Assembly: GCA_964647785.1 (NCBI GenBank)
Contig: CAZYJD010000001.1
Location: 26,148 to 90,147, forward strand
DNA length: 64,000 nucleotides
From: an uncultured Chitinophagaceae bacterium
GTDB taxonomy: Bacteria; Bacteroidota; Bacteroidia; NS11-12g; UBA9320
Direction: 5' to 3'
Shown here: positions 18,956 to 28,639 of the stretch, piece after piece
How positions within the stretch are numbered: position 1 is the stretch's first letter
Layout of the letters: the number at the start of each line of letters is the position of its first letter
Notes under the pieces: model-generated
Seen by the model: the letters and a program-made list of their open reading frames with translations, nothing else
Database searches by the model: none
Told to the model about the DNA's origin: nothing
Made by a program: the position numbers and the translations under genes

Positions 18956-19461
18956 AAATAAAATTCTTTAAGACGCTCACAAGGTAGGTGATTCTAAGTA
19001 GCTAACGGATCAATTAAAAAATGTCTTTTTACAAGGCGTTGAAATGGTAGAACAAACTCAAACCAAAATTCAACAACTACTTCCAAGAAGTATATGGACC
19101 ACACTTGGTTTCCTTTTACAGAAAAACATTTGAAATGGATGAGGTGTATTTAGAGGACTTGGAATGGATGTTCAAAGACGGATACGATGTTCAACGAATC
19201 CTCCAAGACCTTCGATCTCTGATTGAATGAGAAGAGAATAGGTGAAAGTATCTGTCGGTTCACAACAACCCCTTCAGGTAAAACTTGGAGGGGTTTTTAC
19301 ATTTACAAGTGTTTCATTGGAGGTTACTCACGACCCGTTTTGTCAAGAGATTCACCCTGTTTAAATCTAAGTTTTTCCCCAATTTGTTCTACACTTTGTT
19401 CTGTAAATTTCAAAAACTCTTTTTTGGTAAATATCTTAATATTTTGATAATCAATATTTTG

Positions 19462-19533
19462 TGGTCCCGCCAGGAATCGAACCTGGATCTAAAGTTTAGG
19501 AAACTTCTATTCTATCCGTTGAACTACGGGACC
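19462..19533 (-). tRNA. tRNA-Arg (anticodon CCT)
   Basis: Minus-strand sequence GGTCCCGTAGTTCAACGGATAGAATAGAAGTTTCCTAAACTTTAGATCCAGGTTCGATTCCTGGCGGGACCA folds as a cloverleaf. Acceptor GGTCCCG/CGGGACC, anticodon loop TTCCTAA, T-arm CCAGG-TTCGATT-CCTGG. Confidence 0.85.
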
Positions 19534-19566
19534 ATTGCAAGGGCAAAAATAATAAACCGCCTTGCC

Positions 19567-21567
19567 TTAGCGTATCACGCTGCCATTTTCGGCATCGGGC
19601 TGGGGTTCTACAAACATGAGCCGCCCATCGGCATTTTCTGAGAGTAAAATCATGCCTTGTGATTCCACCCCTCTGATTTTGCGGGGCGCCAAATTGGCCA
19701 AAAGCATCACCTTTTTACCAACAAGCTCCTCGGGTTCGAAATGCTCTGCGATGCCCGAAACCACGGTGCGCTCATCCAAACCCGTATCGAGCCTGAACTG
19801 CAACAACTTATCGGCCTTGGCAACTTTTTGGGCTTCGAGTATGGTGGCCACGCGTAAATCCATTTTCATGAAGTCGTTGAAAGTGGTCTCTGCTTTGGCT
19901 GCAGGCAGCACGGGGCCCTCTGCTTTGGGTTTGGCCAATTTTTCCAACTGCTGCCCGATGAGCTCGTCTTCCACTTTGGTGAACAACAAACTGCTCTCCG
20001 CTATGGCGTGACCGTTTTGCAGCGCTTCATCTGCAGAAAGGTTGAGCATGTTCAGCATTTTTTGAGCGGTTTGGGGCAAAAATGCCCTCGCCTCCAACGC
20101 AAACAAACGGCACAGCTCCAAGCAAATGCGCAGGGTATCGGCCACGGCTGCTTCATCGGTCTTGATGAGCTTCCAGGGTTCTTTTTCAGTGATGTATCGG
20201 TTGCCTAATCGCGCAATATTCATCAGCTCTGCCTGCCCTTCCCTGAATTGATATTTGCCCAGGCAATGGTTCATTTTTTCAGCATGGGCCTTGGCTTCAG
20301 ACAAGATGCTTTCGGCTTCGGCCGTGGCTTTTAATTCGGGCACCTTGCCACCAAAATATTTATGGGTGAGCACCATCACGCGGTTCACAAAATTGCCGAG
20401 AATGGCCACCAGCTCATTGTTCACCCTTGCCTGATAATCTTTCCAGGTGAAATCGGCATCTTTGGTTTCAGGTGAAATGGCAGTGAGCACATAACGCAAC
20501 TCGTCTGTTCGGCCGGGCAGATCCTCAAGGTATTCGTGCAGCCAAATGGCATGGTTGCGACTGGTAGAAATTTTTTGTCCTTCAAGGTTTAAAAACTCAT
20601 TGGCGGGCACATCTTCCGGCACAATGAATTCTCCCAGCTCATGCAAAATGGCCGGGAAAATGATGCAGTGAAACACGATGTTGTCTTTGCCGATGAAATG
20701 CACCAAACGGGTGTTGTCATCCTTCCACCATTTCTCCCAGTCGTCGGTGAGTTCGCGCGTGGCACTGATGTAGCCGATGGGTGCATCGAACCAAACGTAC
20801 ATCACCTTTCCCTCGGCGCCTTTCAGTGGCACGGGCACCCCCCAATCTAAATCGCGGGTCATGGCCCTGGGTTTCAGACCGTCGTTCAGCCAGCTTTTGC
20901 ATTGTCCGTACACATGGCTTTTCCAATGCTTGTGGTCTTCTACATACCGATCGATGAAACGCTCTTGCAATCGATCCAAGGGCAAATACCAGTTCTTGCT
21001 TTGTTTCAATACCGGCTTGCTGCCGCTGATGGCCGAGCGTGGATTTTTAAGTTCCATGGGGCTCAGCGTGGCCCCGCATTTCTCGCACTGATCGCCATAG
21101 GCATCGGGGTTTCCGCAGCGAGGACATTCGCCCATGATGTAGCGATCAGCCAAAAACTGCGCCGCTTCTTCATCGTAATATTGCTCGCGCGTTTCTTCGT
21201 CGAAGCCGCCTTTTTCGTACAGTTTCAAAAAAAGTTCGCGGGCGGTTTGATGGTGTATGTCATGGGTGGTTCGCGAGAAAACATCAAACTCCAGCCCAAA
21301 TGCTTTCAACGATTCACTGATGAGCGAACTGTATTCATCCACCACTTGCTGCGGGGTTTTGCCTTCTTTTCGCGCCTTCATGGTAATGGCAACCCCATGC
21401 TCATCCGTTCCGGAAACAAATAAGATTTCCTCGCCCTTCAGGCGCAAATGCCGCGCGTAAATATCAGCCGGAAGCAAACAGCCCGCAAGGTGCCCGATGT
21501 GAATGGGGCCATTGGCATAAGGCAAGGCTGCAGTAACCAGGGTGCGGCCAGCGGTAGATTTTGTCAT
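19567..21567 (-). CDS. metG: Methionyl-tRNA synthetase with a C-terminal tRNA-binding (EMAP/Trbp111-like) domain
   Basis: HIGH motif (PIHIGHLAG), zinc knuckle CPRCG...CEKCG, KMSKS-like KISTSRN, and the C-terminal [14 protein letters not shown]...GVESQGMIL domain. Confidence 0.97.
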   Translation of the reverse strand: MTKSTAGRTLVTAALPYANGPIHIGHLAGCLLPADIYARHLRLKGEEILFVSGTDEHGVAITMKARKEGKTPQQVVDEYSSLISESLKAFGLEFDVFSRTTHDIHHQTARELFLKLYEKGGFDEETREQYYDEEAAQFLADRYIMGECPRCGNPDAYGDQCEKCGATLSPMELKNPRSAISGSKPVLKQSKNWYLPLDRLQERFIDRYVEDHKHWKSHVYGQCKSWLNDGLKPRAMTRDLDWGVPVPLKGAEGKVMYVWFDAPIGYISATRELTDDWEKWWKDDNTRLVHFIGKDNIVFHCIIFPAILHELGEFIVPEDVPANEFLNLEGQKISTSRNHAIWLHEYLEDLPGRTDELRYVLTAISPETKDADFTWKDYQARVNNELVAILGNFVNRVMVLTHKYFGGKVPELKATAEAESILSEAKAHAEKMNHCLGKYQFREGQAELMNIARLGNRYITEKEPWKLIKTDEAAVADTLRICLELCRLFALEARAFLPQTAQKMLNMLNLSADEALQNGHAIAESSLLFTKVEDELIGQQLEKLAKPKAEGPVLPAAKAETTFNDFMKMDLRVATILEAQKVAKADKLLQFRLDTGLDERTVVSGIAEHFEPEELVGKKVMLLANLAPRKIRGVESQGMILLSENADGRLMFVEPQPDAENGSVIR

Positions 21568-21753
21568 GGAGCAAAGGTAATTGGCTTTGAATTTACAGCG
21601 AGCGAAAGTGGTTTTAAAATTCTCAGCGCTGAAGGCCGTATGAAAAAAGCAGACCGAGGGCCATGGATGAAGTTGTTTTATCCGGGAGCGATGTTTTTTA
21701 TTTCATTGTAATTGCAAGCAAACCCAACCCCCAATTTTCTGTTATAGCTTGCA

Positions 21754-22509
21754 ATGAAAAACCTGCATGCCAGATCATTCTTGTTGCCGTGCATCCTATT
21801 GATAACCCTGTATATGACCTCTTCTTTTCAACCCAAAGCCTCAGACCCAGTGAAAAACATCGCAGCCAATGACCCCATACAAATTGATGTGTGGAGTGAT
21901 ATGGTGTGCCCTTTTTGTTACATCGGGAAAAAGAAACTCGAAAAGGCCATCCGTGAGTTGGATGCTTCAGATCGGGTAAAAATTTACTGGCATAGCTTTC
22001 AGCTCGATCCTGAAATGGAAGCAGGCAAAGGCGTACCCGCCATCCAACAATTGATTGAGAAAAAAGGCATCGCAGAAACGCAGCTTAAGGCCATGTACGA
22101 CCAGTTGCGCCAAAGCGGTGAGCCTTATGGCATTGACTTTCAGTTTGAAAAATGCATTTCATTCAACACCCGCGATGCGCATCGCATTTGGCAATGGACC
22201 AAAAGCCTGAACAAAGATTCTGCCTGGAAAGAACGTGTGATGCATGCTTATTTCAGCGAAGGAAAAGACCTCTCATCACATGAAAGCCTCTTAGAAATCG
22301 CACAAGAAATTGGACTCGACAGCACCAAAACAACCGCCATTCTGGAATCAAATGCCTTTGGTTCACAAGTGGATGAAGACCGCTACCTGGCACAACAACT
22401 GAATATCAGAGGTGTTCCATTCTTTATCATCAACCGCTCGGCTGCCATCTCAGGAGCACAAGATGATCGGGTTTTTCTGCAGGTGCTGAAAAAAGCACTC
22501 GACAACTGA
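21754..22509 (+). CDS. DsbA-family thiol:disulfide oxidoreductase (FrnE/HCCA isomerase-like)
   Basis: IDVWSDMVCPFCYIGKKKLE contains a CPFC active-site motif in a DsbA-like context. Confidence 0.8.
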   Translation: MKNLHARSFLLPCILLITLYMTSSFQPKASDPVKNIAANDPIQIDVWSDMVCPFCYIGKKKLEKAIRELDASDRVKIYWHSFQLDPEMEAGKGVPAIQQLIEKKGIAETQLKAMYDQLRQSGEPYGIDFQFEKCISFNTRDAHRIWQWTKSLNKDSAWKERVMHAYFSEGKDLSSHESLLEIAQEIGLDSTKTTAILESNAFGSQVDEDRYLAQQLNIRGVPFFIINRSAAISGAQDDRVFLQVLKKALDN

Positions 22510-22584
22510 CAACCATCAGTTTGTTATTTTTATTTAAACTTAGTCTAAATAAGAATTTGGTTTTTATCTTCGCACCTTCAAACG

Positions 22585-23718
22585 TTGAAGCGCATGAAGA
22601 AGATTATGATGTTGTTTTCCCTGGCGGCCATTGTTGGGTTGAGCTCTTGTAGCGAGGAAACAACCCAACCTCAGGCAACACTCCAACTCCCTTCCACCTA
22701 TGATGCAAAGAACTTTGAGCGCAATGCAGGGGAGCAAATAGGACTTATAAATCGGTTGAACACCCTTGTATCGGAGGCCAAAAAAGGAAGATCCGCAGGC
22801 GTGGCGGTTGATTATTCCAACCTTTTATCCTTGTACAGCGCAAACCAACCATCCCTTCAAAGCACCACCACCAGCTTTTACAATGAACTTCTCATTGGCA
22901 ATGAGGGCTATTTGAACCAATTGGCGCTTGCCAGTGGTGACACCTTTAATCCGGTTATGCCCAACATCCATGGCGGAGTTTATGGTGGCTATCTGTTTGA
23001 TGAAAATGGGTTGGAGCCTGAGCAGCTGATTGAAAAAGGATTGTTCGGAGCCTTCTCATACCACCAGGCGAGCATGTTGTTGGAAGAGCTGAATGAAGAA
23101 ACCGCAGATCAGGTGCTTGCCTTATTTGGTGCAAACCCCTCATTCCCCAATACCCCCACGGCAGGCAATGCTGCCAATCCGGATATGCACATGGCCAATT
23201 ACGCAGCGAGGCGCAGCGATATCAACAACAACAACAGCTTGTACCGACAAATGGAACGGGCTTTCATTCAATTGCAAGCTGCCGCCAAGGCCGGCGATGA
23301 TTTTGCCGCTGAACGGAATGAGGCCATTTCACAAATAAAAACCATCTGGGAACGGATCAATGCCGCCACCATCATCAATTATTGCCACAGCGTTATTGCC
23401 GGCATGAGCGCAACCAATCCCACCGAAGCCCAGAAAGCATCAGCCTTGCATGCCGCCTCTGAAGCCATCGGGTTCCTTCAGGGATGGAAAACCCTTCCTC
23501 AAAAGCACAAAATCATTACCGATGCACAAATCGATCAGTTGCTGGCACTCTTTTTGGCGGATGCGGGCAATGAAGCGCTTCATGAACTGGCTGTTCAACC
23601 TGAGAGCGTTTTACCAAACTTCATTCAGGCAATCGACCTGCTGAAAAGTATTTACGGCTTTAGCGCCGAAGAAATTGAAAGTTTTAAAACCAACTACGTC
23701 AGTTCTCAAAACCGCTAA
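22585..23718 (+). CDS. Lipoprotein, imelysin-associated (DUF4856-like)
   Basis: Lipoprotein signal MKRMKKIMMLFSLAAIVGLSSC. Helical composition. Immediately upstream of an imelysin-like gene, as in the conserved Bacteroidetes cluster. Assignment is from recall of the family architecture, not from a search. Confidence 0.45.
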   Translation: MKRMKKIMMLFSLAAIVGLSSCSEETTQPQATLQLPSTYDAKNFERNAGEQIGLINRLNTLVSEAKKGRSAGVAVDYSNLLSLYSANQPSLQSTTTSFYNELLIGNEGYLNQLALASGDTFNPVMPNIHGGVYGGYLFDENGLEPEQLIEKGLFGAFSYHQASMLLEELNEETADQVLALFGANPSFPNTPTAGNAANPDMHMANYAARRSDINNNNSLYRQMERAFIQLQAAAKAGDDFAAERNEAISQIKTIWERINAATIINYCHSVIAGMSATNPTEAQKASALHAASEAIGFLQGWKTLPQKHKIITDAQIDQLLALFLADAGNEALHELAVQPESVLPNFIQAIDLLKSIYGFSAEEIESFKTNYVSSQNR

Positions 23719-23723
23719 ACACC

Positions 23724-24836
23724 ATGGGTAAAAGAGTCGGGCTTTATACCGCATTGCTGATTTTCAGCTTTTTTTCTCTGAGCCTCAGCTCATGCCAGGA
23801 AGAAAATCCGGGTGAAGAACTCGGCTTCAACAAAAACGCCTTCCTACTGCATCAGGCCGATGAAATCATCCTTCCCGCATTTCAGCAACTGCATACATCG
23901 GCCAATGAGTTGTTCCGTGCTCTGGACTCTTTTTGCCAAGCACCTGATTCTGTCCGGCTCATGCATGCCCGAGAAATATGGTGGAACACCTATCGCTATT
24001 ACTTAGGGGTGAGCGCATTCAATTTTGGTCCTGCCGCGGCTGAAGGGCTGCAAAAAGACCTCTCCGAAGAAATCGCCATCTTTCCTATAGATGCGGTGGC
24101 CATCGAACAAAAGATCGAAAGCGGAAATTTTGCCCTCAACGACTTTAAACGGGATAGCAGGGGGCTCTTAACCATTGAATATTTACTGTTTCATAATTCT
24201 GTAAATCAAACCATTGAAGATTTTAATTCAAGTAATAGAAGAGATTACACTTTGCAGGTATCAACCCAAGTGAAAGAAAGGATTTTTGCCGTTTTGCAAC
24301 GCTGGAACAACTCGTATAGGCAAGCCTTCATATCCAACAATGGCTCTGGAGCAGGCTCATCGGTTAGCTTGTTGTACAATGCCTTCGTACAATCTTTTGA
24401 AGCCACCAAGAACTTCCGCCTCGGGGTTCCATTGGGGCTGAGAGCAGGTCAAAATGGCGCAGAACCCCAAAGGGTTGAATGCCTATACAGCGGAAAAGGT
24501 GCCGAGGCTTTGCAAATTCAATTGAAAACGCTCTACGGCATATATGAGGGTCAAAGCCTGTTATCAGATCACAACAGCCTGGGTTTTAAAGCCTATTTAT
24601 TGTCGGTATACGGTGGTCCGCAACTGGTGAACGAAACTGAGGCATCGTATGAAAACATCGTAAATCAGCTGAATGAACTGAATAGAAATTCTGGTTTGGA
24701 TGTTCAAATTCAAACCGACCCCTTAGCGCTGAAGGCATTGCATACTTCTCTGCAAAAACACACACGCTTTTTTAAAAGCGATATGTCTTCCTTGCTGGGC
24801 ATTGCCATCACCTATGTAAGCGGCGATGGTGACTAA
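23724..24836 (+). CDS. Imelysin-like (IrpA/peptidase M75 family) lipoprotein
   Basis: Lipoprotein signal ...FSLSLSSC. HxxE-containing segment LMHAREIWWNTYRY. Size about 370 aa. Sits next to HTTM and TonB-receptor genes. Confidence 0.5.
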   Translation: MGKRVGLYTALLIFSFFSLSLSSCQEENPGEELGFNKNAFLLHQADEIILPAFQQLHTSANELFRALDSFCQAPDSVRLMHAREIWWNTYRYYLGVSAFNFGPAAAEGLQKDLSEEIAIFPIDAVAIEQKIESGNFALNDFKRDSRGLLTIEYLLFHNSVNQTIEDFNSSNRRDYTLQVSTQVKERIFAVLQRWNNSYRQAFISNNGSGAGSSVSLLYNAFVQSFEATKNFRLGVPLGLRAGQNGAEPQRVECLYSGKGAEALQIQLKTLYGIYEGQSLLSDHNSLGFKAYLLSVYGGPQLVNETEASYENIVNQLNELNRNSGLDVQIQTDPLALKALHTSLQKHTRFFKSDMSSLLGIAITYVSGDGD

Positions 24837-26178
24837 GTACAAAACTTTGCTGAACAAACCGATTCCCTCCTCCAGTCTGGCTTTCTTCCGCTGGATATTC
24901 GGGCTCATGATGCTCATCAGCAGCTTGCGCTTTTGGATGAAGGGGTGGATCCCCACACATTTCACTGAAACCAAACTGCAATTCAAATATTTTGGATTTG
25001 AATGGGTGGAGGTGCTTCCCCTGCCCATGATGTATGCCTTGCACGCTCTGCTCATCGGTGCCTCCATCGCCTTTATGCTCGGTTGGCACTACCGAATTGC
25101 CGCCGTGTTGTTGTTTCTGAGCTTCACTTATTTGCAACTCATTGACTTAACCTACTACCTCAACCACTATTATTTTATAAGCCTTGTAAGCCTGCTGATG
25201 ATCTTTTTGCCGGCAGCCCATTTTTACGCCCTGGATGTGAAAAGCGGCCGAGTGGCTGAAATGAAAGAAGTGCCCGCATGGACGGTTTGGAGCATCAAAG
25301 GCCTGTTGGGCATTGTTTACGTCTATGCTGGTCTGGCCAAAATTCAACCCGAATGGTTGCTGGAAGCGCTTCCGCTCAGGATATGGTTGCCCGCCCATGC
25401 TGAAATGCCCCTCTTGGGTCCGCTTTTTGGCTGGGAATACAGTCCTTGGTTGTTCAGCTGGGCAGGCATGCTCTTCGATTGCAGCATTTTCTTTTTCCTG
25501 CTCTGGAAACGCAGCCGAATCATGGCATATGTTGCCGTTTTGCTCTTTCACGGCATCACCGGCATGCTGTTTCAAATTGGCATCTTTCCGATGGCCATGA
25601 TCTTGAGTACCCTCATTTTCTTTTCTGCCAAACTTCACGAGCTGCTGCTTCAAAAGCTGTGTGCATTTTGCATTCCTGAAAGGGCGCAAACCCCAATGGT
25701 CCGCAAAAAAAACTGGCATCTGAAGGGTGCCGGACTCGCCCTCTGGTCGGTCTTTTTTGCCTTTCAACTGCTTTTTCCATGGAGGTATTTGCTCTATCCC
25801 GGTGCTCATTTCTGGACCGAAGAAGGCTATCGATTTGGTTGGCGGGTGATGCTGGTGGAAAAAAGTGGGAATGCCGACTTTTTCATTCGTGAACACGGCA
25901 AACAAAGTGAACAACTGGTGCAGAATGCTGACTTTTTAAGCCGGCATCAGGAAAAACAGATGGCCTTTCAACCCGATATGATTCTACAATACGCCCATTG
26001 GCTGCAAAAGCACTACCAAAAAATGGGCATGAATATCGACCGAATACGAGCCGAAGTGTATGTAACCCTCAATGGTCGCGCGAGCAGACTCTTGATTGAC
26101 AGCAGTCAAAACCTGCTTGAGTTAGAAGACAACTGGCAACACAAAAATTGGATTTTACCCCATCCCGATGTCCGTTAA
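24826..26178 (+). CDS. HTTM-domain (vitamin K-dependent gamma-carboxylase-like) membrane protein
   Basis: N-terminal LAFFRWIFGLMMLISSLRF followed by multiple TM helices. 450 aa. Start overlaps the upstream gene by 11 nt. Confidence 0.75.
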   Translation: MVTKYKTLLNKPIPSSSLAFFRWIFGLMMLISSLRFWMKGWIPTHFTETKLQFKYFGFEWVEVLPLPMMYALHALLIGASIAFMLGWHYRIAAVLLFLSFTYLQLIDLTYYLNHYYFISLVSLLMIFLPAAHFYALDVKSGRVAEMKEVPAWTVWSIKGLLGIVYVYAGLAKIQPEWLLEALPLRIWLPAHAEMPLLGPLFGWEYSPWLFSWAGMLFDCSIFFFLLWKRSRIMAYVAVLLFHGITGMLFQIGIFPMAMILSTLIFFSAKLHELLLQKLCAFCIPERAQTPMVRKKNWHLKGAGLALWSVFFAFQLLFPWRYLLYPGAHFWTEEGYRFGWRVMLVEKSGNADFFIREHGKQSEQLVQNADFLSRHQEKQMAFQPDMILQYAHWLQKHYQKMGMNIDRIRAEVYVTLNGRASRLLIDSSQNLLELEDNWQHKNWILPHPDVR

Positions 26179-28639
26179 AGCGCAACACATAAAGAAACCA
26201 TGCCAAGGCGCCGGCATGCTCTGGGTTTTGTTGGGTATGCTGATGTTTCCGAACCTCCGCAGCAGTGCACAACAAATACAAGGACTTGTTTTGGGCAAAG
26301 AAGGCAAAGCCCTTGCCAATGCCACACTGATACTCAAAGGACCCACCGTACGCATGAGCTACGGCGATGAAGATGGAACCTTTATTTTCAAGGATGTTGC
26401 CCCAGGCCGATGGCTACTCGTTGCCATGGCAAAGGGCTACGAACCCAATAAAATGGATGTATTGATTAAAGAGGGTGAAAGCCTGCAACTTCAAATCAGC
26501 CTCATTCAGTTGGAATACGAATTTGAATCGGCTGAAGTAAGGGCCCGCAGAGAGCGGCACTTCGGAATCCGCAAGATGCGCCCCATCGAAGACTTTGGGA
26601 TCTACGATGCAAAAAAAACAGAATTGATACTGCCCGATCAGCAATTGCAAAACAAGGCCACCAACAATGCCCGACAAACGTATTCAAAAGTCGTGGGGCT
26701 GAATATTTGGGAATCAGATGGCGGCGGACTTCAATTGGGCATTGGGGGCAGAGGACTGAGCCCCGATAGGTCTTCCAATTTTAATATGCGGCAAAATGGC
26801 TATGACATTTCTGCCGATGCCCTGGGCTACCCCGAAAGTTATTACACCCCACCGCTGGAAGCCATTCAACAAATTGAAATCATCCGGGGCGCTGCCTCAC
26901 TGCAATACGGAACCCAGTTCGGTGGCATGATCAACTTTCGGATGAAAGAAGCTGACAGCACTGAAAAATGGCGCTTGGAAAGCCGGCAAACCGCAGGCAG
27001 CTGGGGTTTCTTCAACAGCTCTAACAGCCTTGCCCTTAGCGGTAAAAAATTCAGTACTTACGCTTATTATCAATACAAAAGAGGCAATGGCTGGCGCGAA
27101 AACAGCGACTTTAATGCCCATACCGCCTATTGGCATTTAAAGTACTCCGGTCAAAAACTATGTTTAAACAGCAATGTAACGCATATGTCGTACCTTGCTC
27201 AACAAGCAGGTGGGCTCACCGATCGTTTGTTTGAAGAAAATCCGCGGCAATCCTTGCGACCTAGAAATTGGTTTCAGATCAACTGGAATTTGTTTTCGTT
27301 GAGTGCAGACTACCATTTCAGCAAAAACACCCGGCTCAATGTGCGAAATTTTGCACTGCTTGCCTCCCGCCATTCACTCGGCAATCTCGAGCGCATCAAT
27401 GTAAGTGATGCCACGGTTGAAAACAGAACCCTCATCAGTGGTCGGTTCTTGAACTTTGGCAATGAAACCCGATTGATACACACCTTCAACCCCAGGCATA
27501 CCATACTGGCCGGCATGCGCTTATACGATGGCCATTCAACAGCCATTCAAGGAGACGCCAACGGAAGTGCTAAGGCTGATTTTCAATTGCTTTCTCCCGA
27601 AAACCCTGAGGGTTCTAATTATGCATTCTCCAATCTTAATGGGAGCTTTTTTGTGGAATATTTATGGCAGATCCACCCCAAATGGAGTGTAACACCGGGG
27701 CTTCGTATAGAGTCTATTGAAACCGCTTCCGATGGCTATTACCGACAGCGGGTGTTTGATTTTGCAGGCAATCTCATTGCCGATAAGCGGGTGGAAGAAC
27801 AATCAGAAAGAACCCGAAATTTTGCCCTTGGCGGCCTGGGGATGAGTTTCCGCCCCAATTACCGGCATGAGTTCTATGGCAATTTCAGCCAAAACTATCG
27901 CGCCATCAATTTCAGCGACTTGCGCATTGTGAATCCAAACTTTCAAATTGATGACAACATTCAAGATGAACGCGGGTACACCATCGACCTCGGGTATCGC
28001 GGAATCTTGGGACAAAAACTTCGCTTGGACGGAGGACTGTTTTATTTGGCCTACAACAACAAAATCGGGCAAATGCTCAAAAGTGATCAACCTCCGCTTT
28101 ACCTCGATTATCGCCTGCGCACCAATATTTCAAGGGCTCGAAGCATGGGGGCTGAATTGCTCATTGAAACAGAACTCAACGAATGGATCAAAACGAAAAA
28201 CCTTCAGCACCGATGGGTTGTGTTCACCAATCTAGCCTTTACCGATGCTCGTTACATCGGGTCAGAAGACCGAAGCATTGAAGGGAACAAAGTAGAAATG
28301 GTGCCCTCATTTATTGGCAGAGCCGGCCTTCAATACACACATAAAAACTTGATGATGGCCATACAATACCACTATGTGCACGAACATTTCAGCGATGCCA
28401 GCAATGCCGTGCAAACCAGTACTGCCGTTGAAGGCATCATACCCTCTTACCAAATTGCTGACCTGAGCATACAGTACCAGCGAAAAAACTGGCGGGTTGA
28501 ATGCAGCATCAATAACCTGCTCAATGCGCATTATTTCACAAGGAGAGCCGTATCTTATCCCGGACCGGGCATCATACCTGCCGATGGCAGAGGGTTCTAC
28601 CTCACCTTGGCTTATATCACCGCAAAAAAGAGCAGTTGA
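26168..28639 (+). CDS. TonB-dependent receptor with an N-terminal carboxypeptidase-regulatory-like domain
   Basis: Signal peptide (alternative start MLWVLLGMLMFPN at 26216). CarbopepD-like GLVLGKEGKALANATLILKG. Plug and barrel motifs (IEIIRGAASLQYG). About 820 aa. Start overlaps the HTTM gene stop. Confidence 0.85.
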   Translation: MSVKAQHIKKPCQGAGMLWVLLGMLMFPNLRSSAQQIQGLVLGKEGKALANATLILKGPTVRMSYGDEDGTFIFKDVAPGRWLLVAMAKGYEPNKMDVLIKEGESLQLQISLIQLEYEFESAEVRARRERHFGIRKMRPIEDFGIYDAKKTELILPDQQLQNKATNNARQTYSKVVGLNIWESDGGGLQLGIGGRGLSPDRSSNFNMRQNGYDISADALGYPESYYTPPLEAIQQIEIIRGAASLQYGTQFGGMINFRMKEADSTEKWRLESRQTAGSWGFFNSSNSLALSGKKFSTYAYYQYKRGNGWRENSDFNAHTAYWHLKYSGQKLCLNSNVTHMSYLAQQAGGLTDRLFEENPRQSLRPRNWFQINWNLFSLSADYHFSKNTRLNVRNFALLASRHSLGNLERINVSDATVENRTLISGRFLNFGNETRLIHTFNPRHTILAGMRLYDGHSTAIQGDANGSAKADFQLLSPENPEGSNYAFSNLNGSFFVEYLWQIHPKWSVTPGLRIESIETASDGYYRQRVFDFAGNLIADKRVEEQSERTRNFALGGLGMSFRPNYRHEFYGNFSQNYRAINFSDLRIVNPNFQIDDNIQDERGYTIDLGYRGILGQKLRLDGGLFYLAYNNKIGQMLKSDQPPLYLDYRLRTNISRARSMGAELLIETELNEWIKTKNLQHRWVVFTNLAFTDARYIGSEDRSIEGNKVEMVPSFIGRAGLQYTHKNLMMAIQYHYVHEHFSDASNAVQTSTAVEGIIPSYQIADLSIQYQRKNWRVECSINNLLNAHYFTRRAVSYPGPGIIPADGRGFYLTLAYITAKKSS

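Noticed and set aside
19285-19460. Integrase remnant next to tRNA-Arg
   Set aside because: The fragment is protein-like, but it shows no integrase C-terminal motifs such as R..HxxR...Y. There is no duplicated tRNA 3' end elsewhere in the window. It is kept only as a low-interest observation.
20902-21423. 173-aa + strand ORF and several 60-100-aa ORFs inside metG
   Set aside because: All lie antisense to or out of frame within metG, which has complete class I aaRS motifs.
25147-25914. 255-aa minus-strand ORF
   Set aside because: Antisense to the HTTM gene. The composition is His/Gln/Lys-rich and not protein-like.
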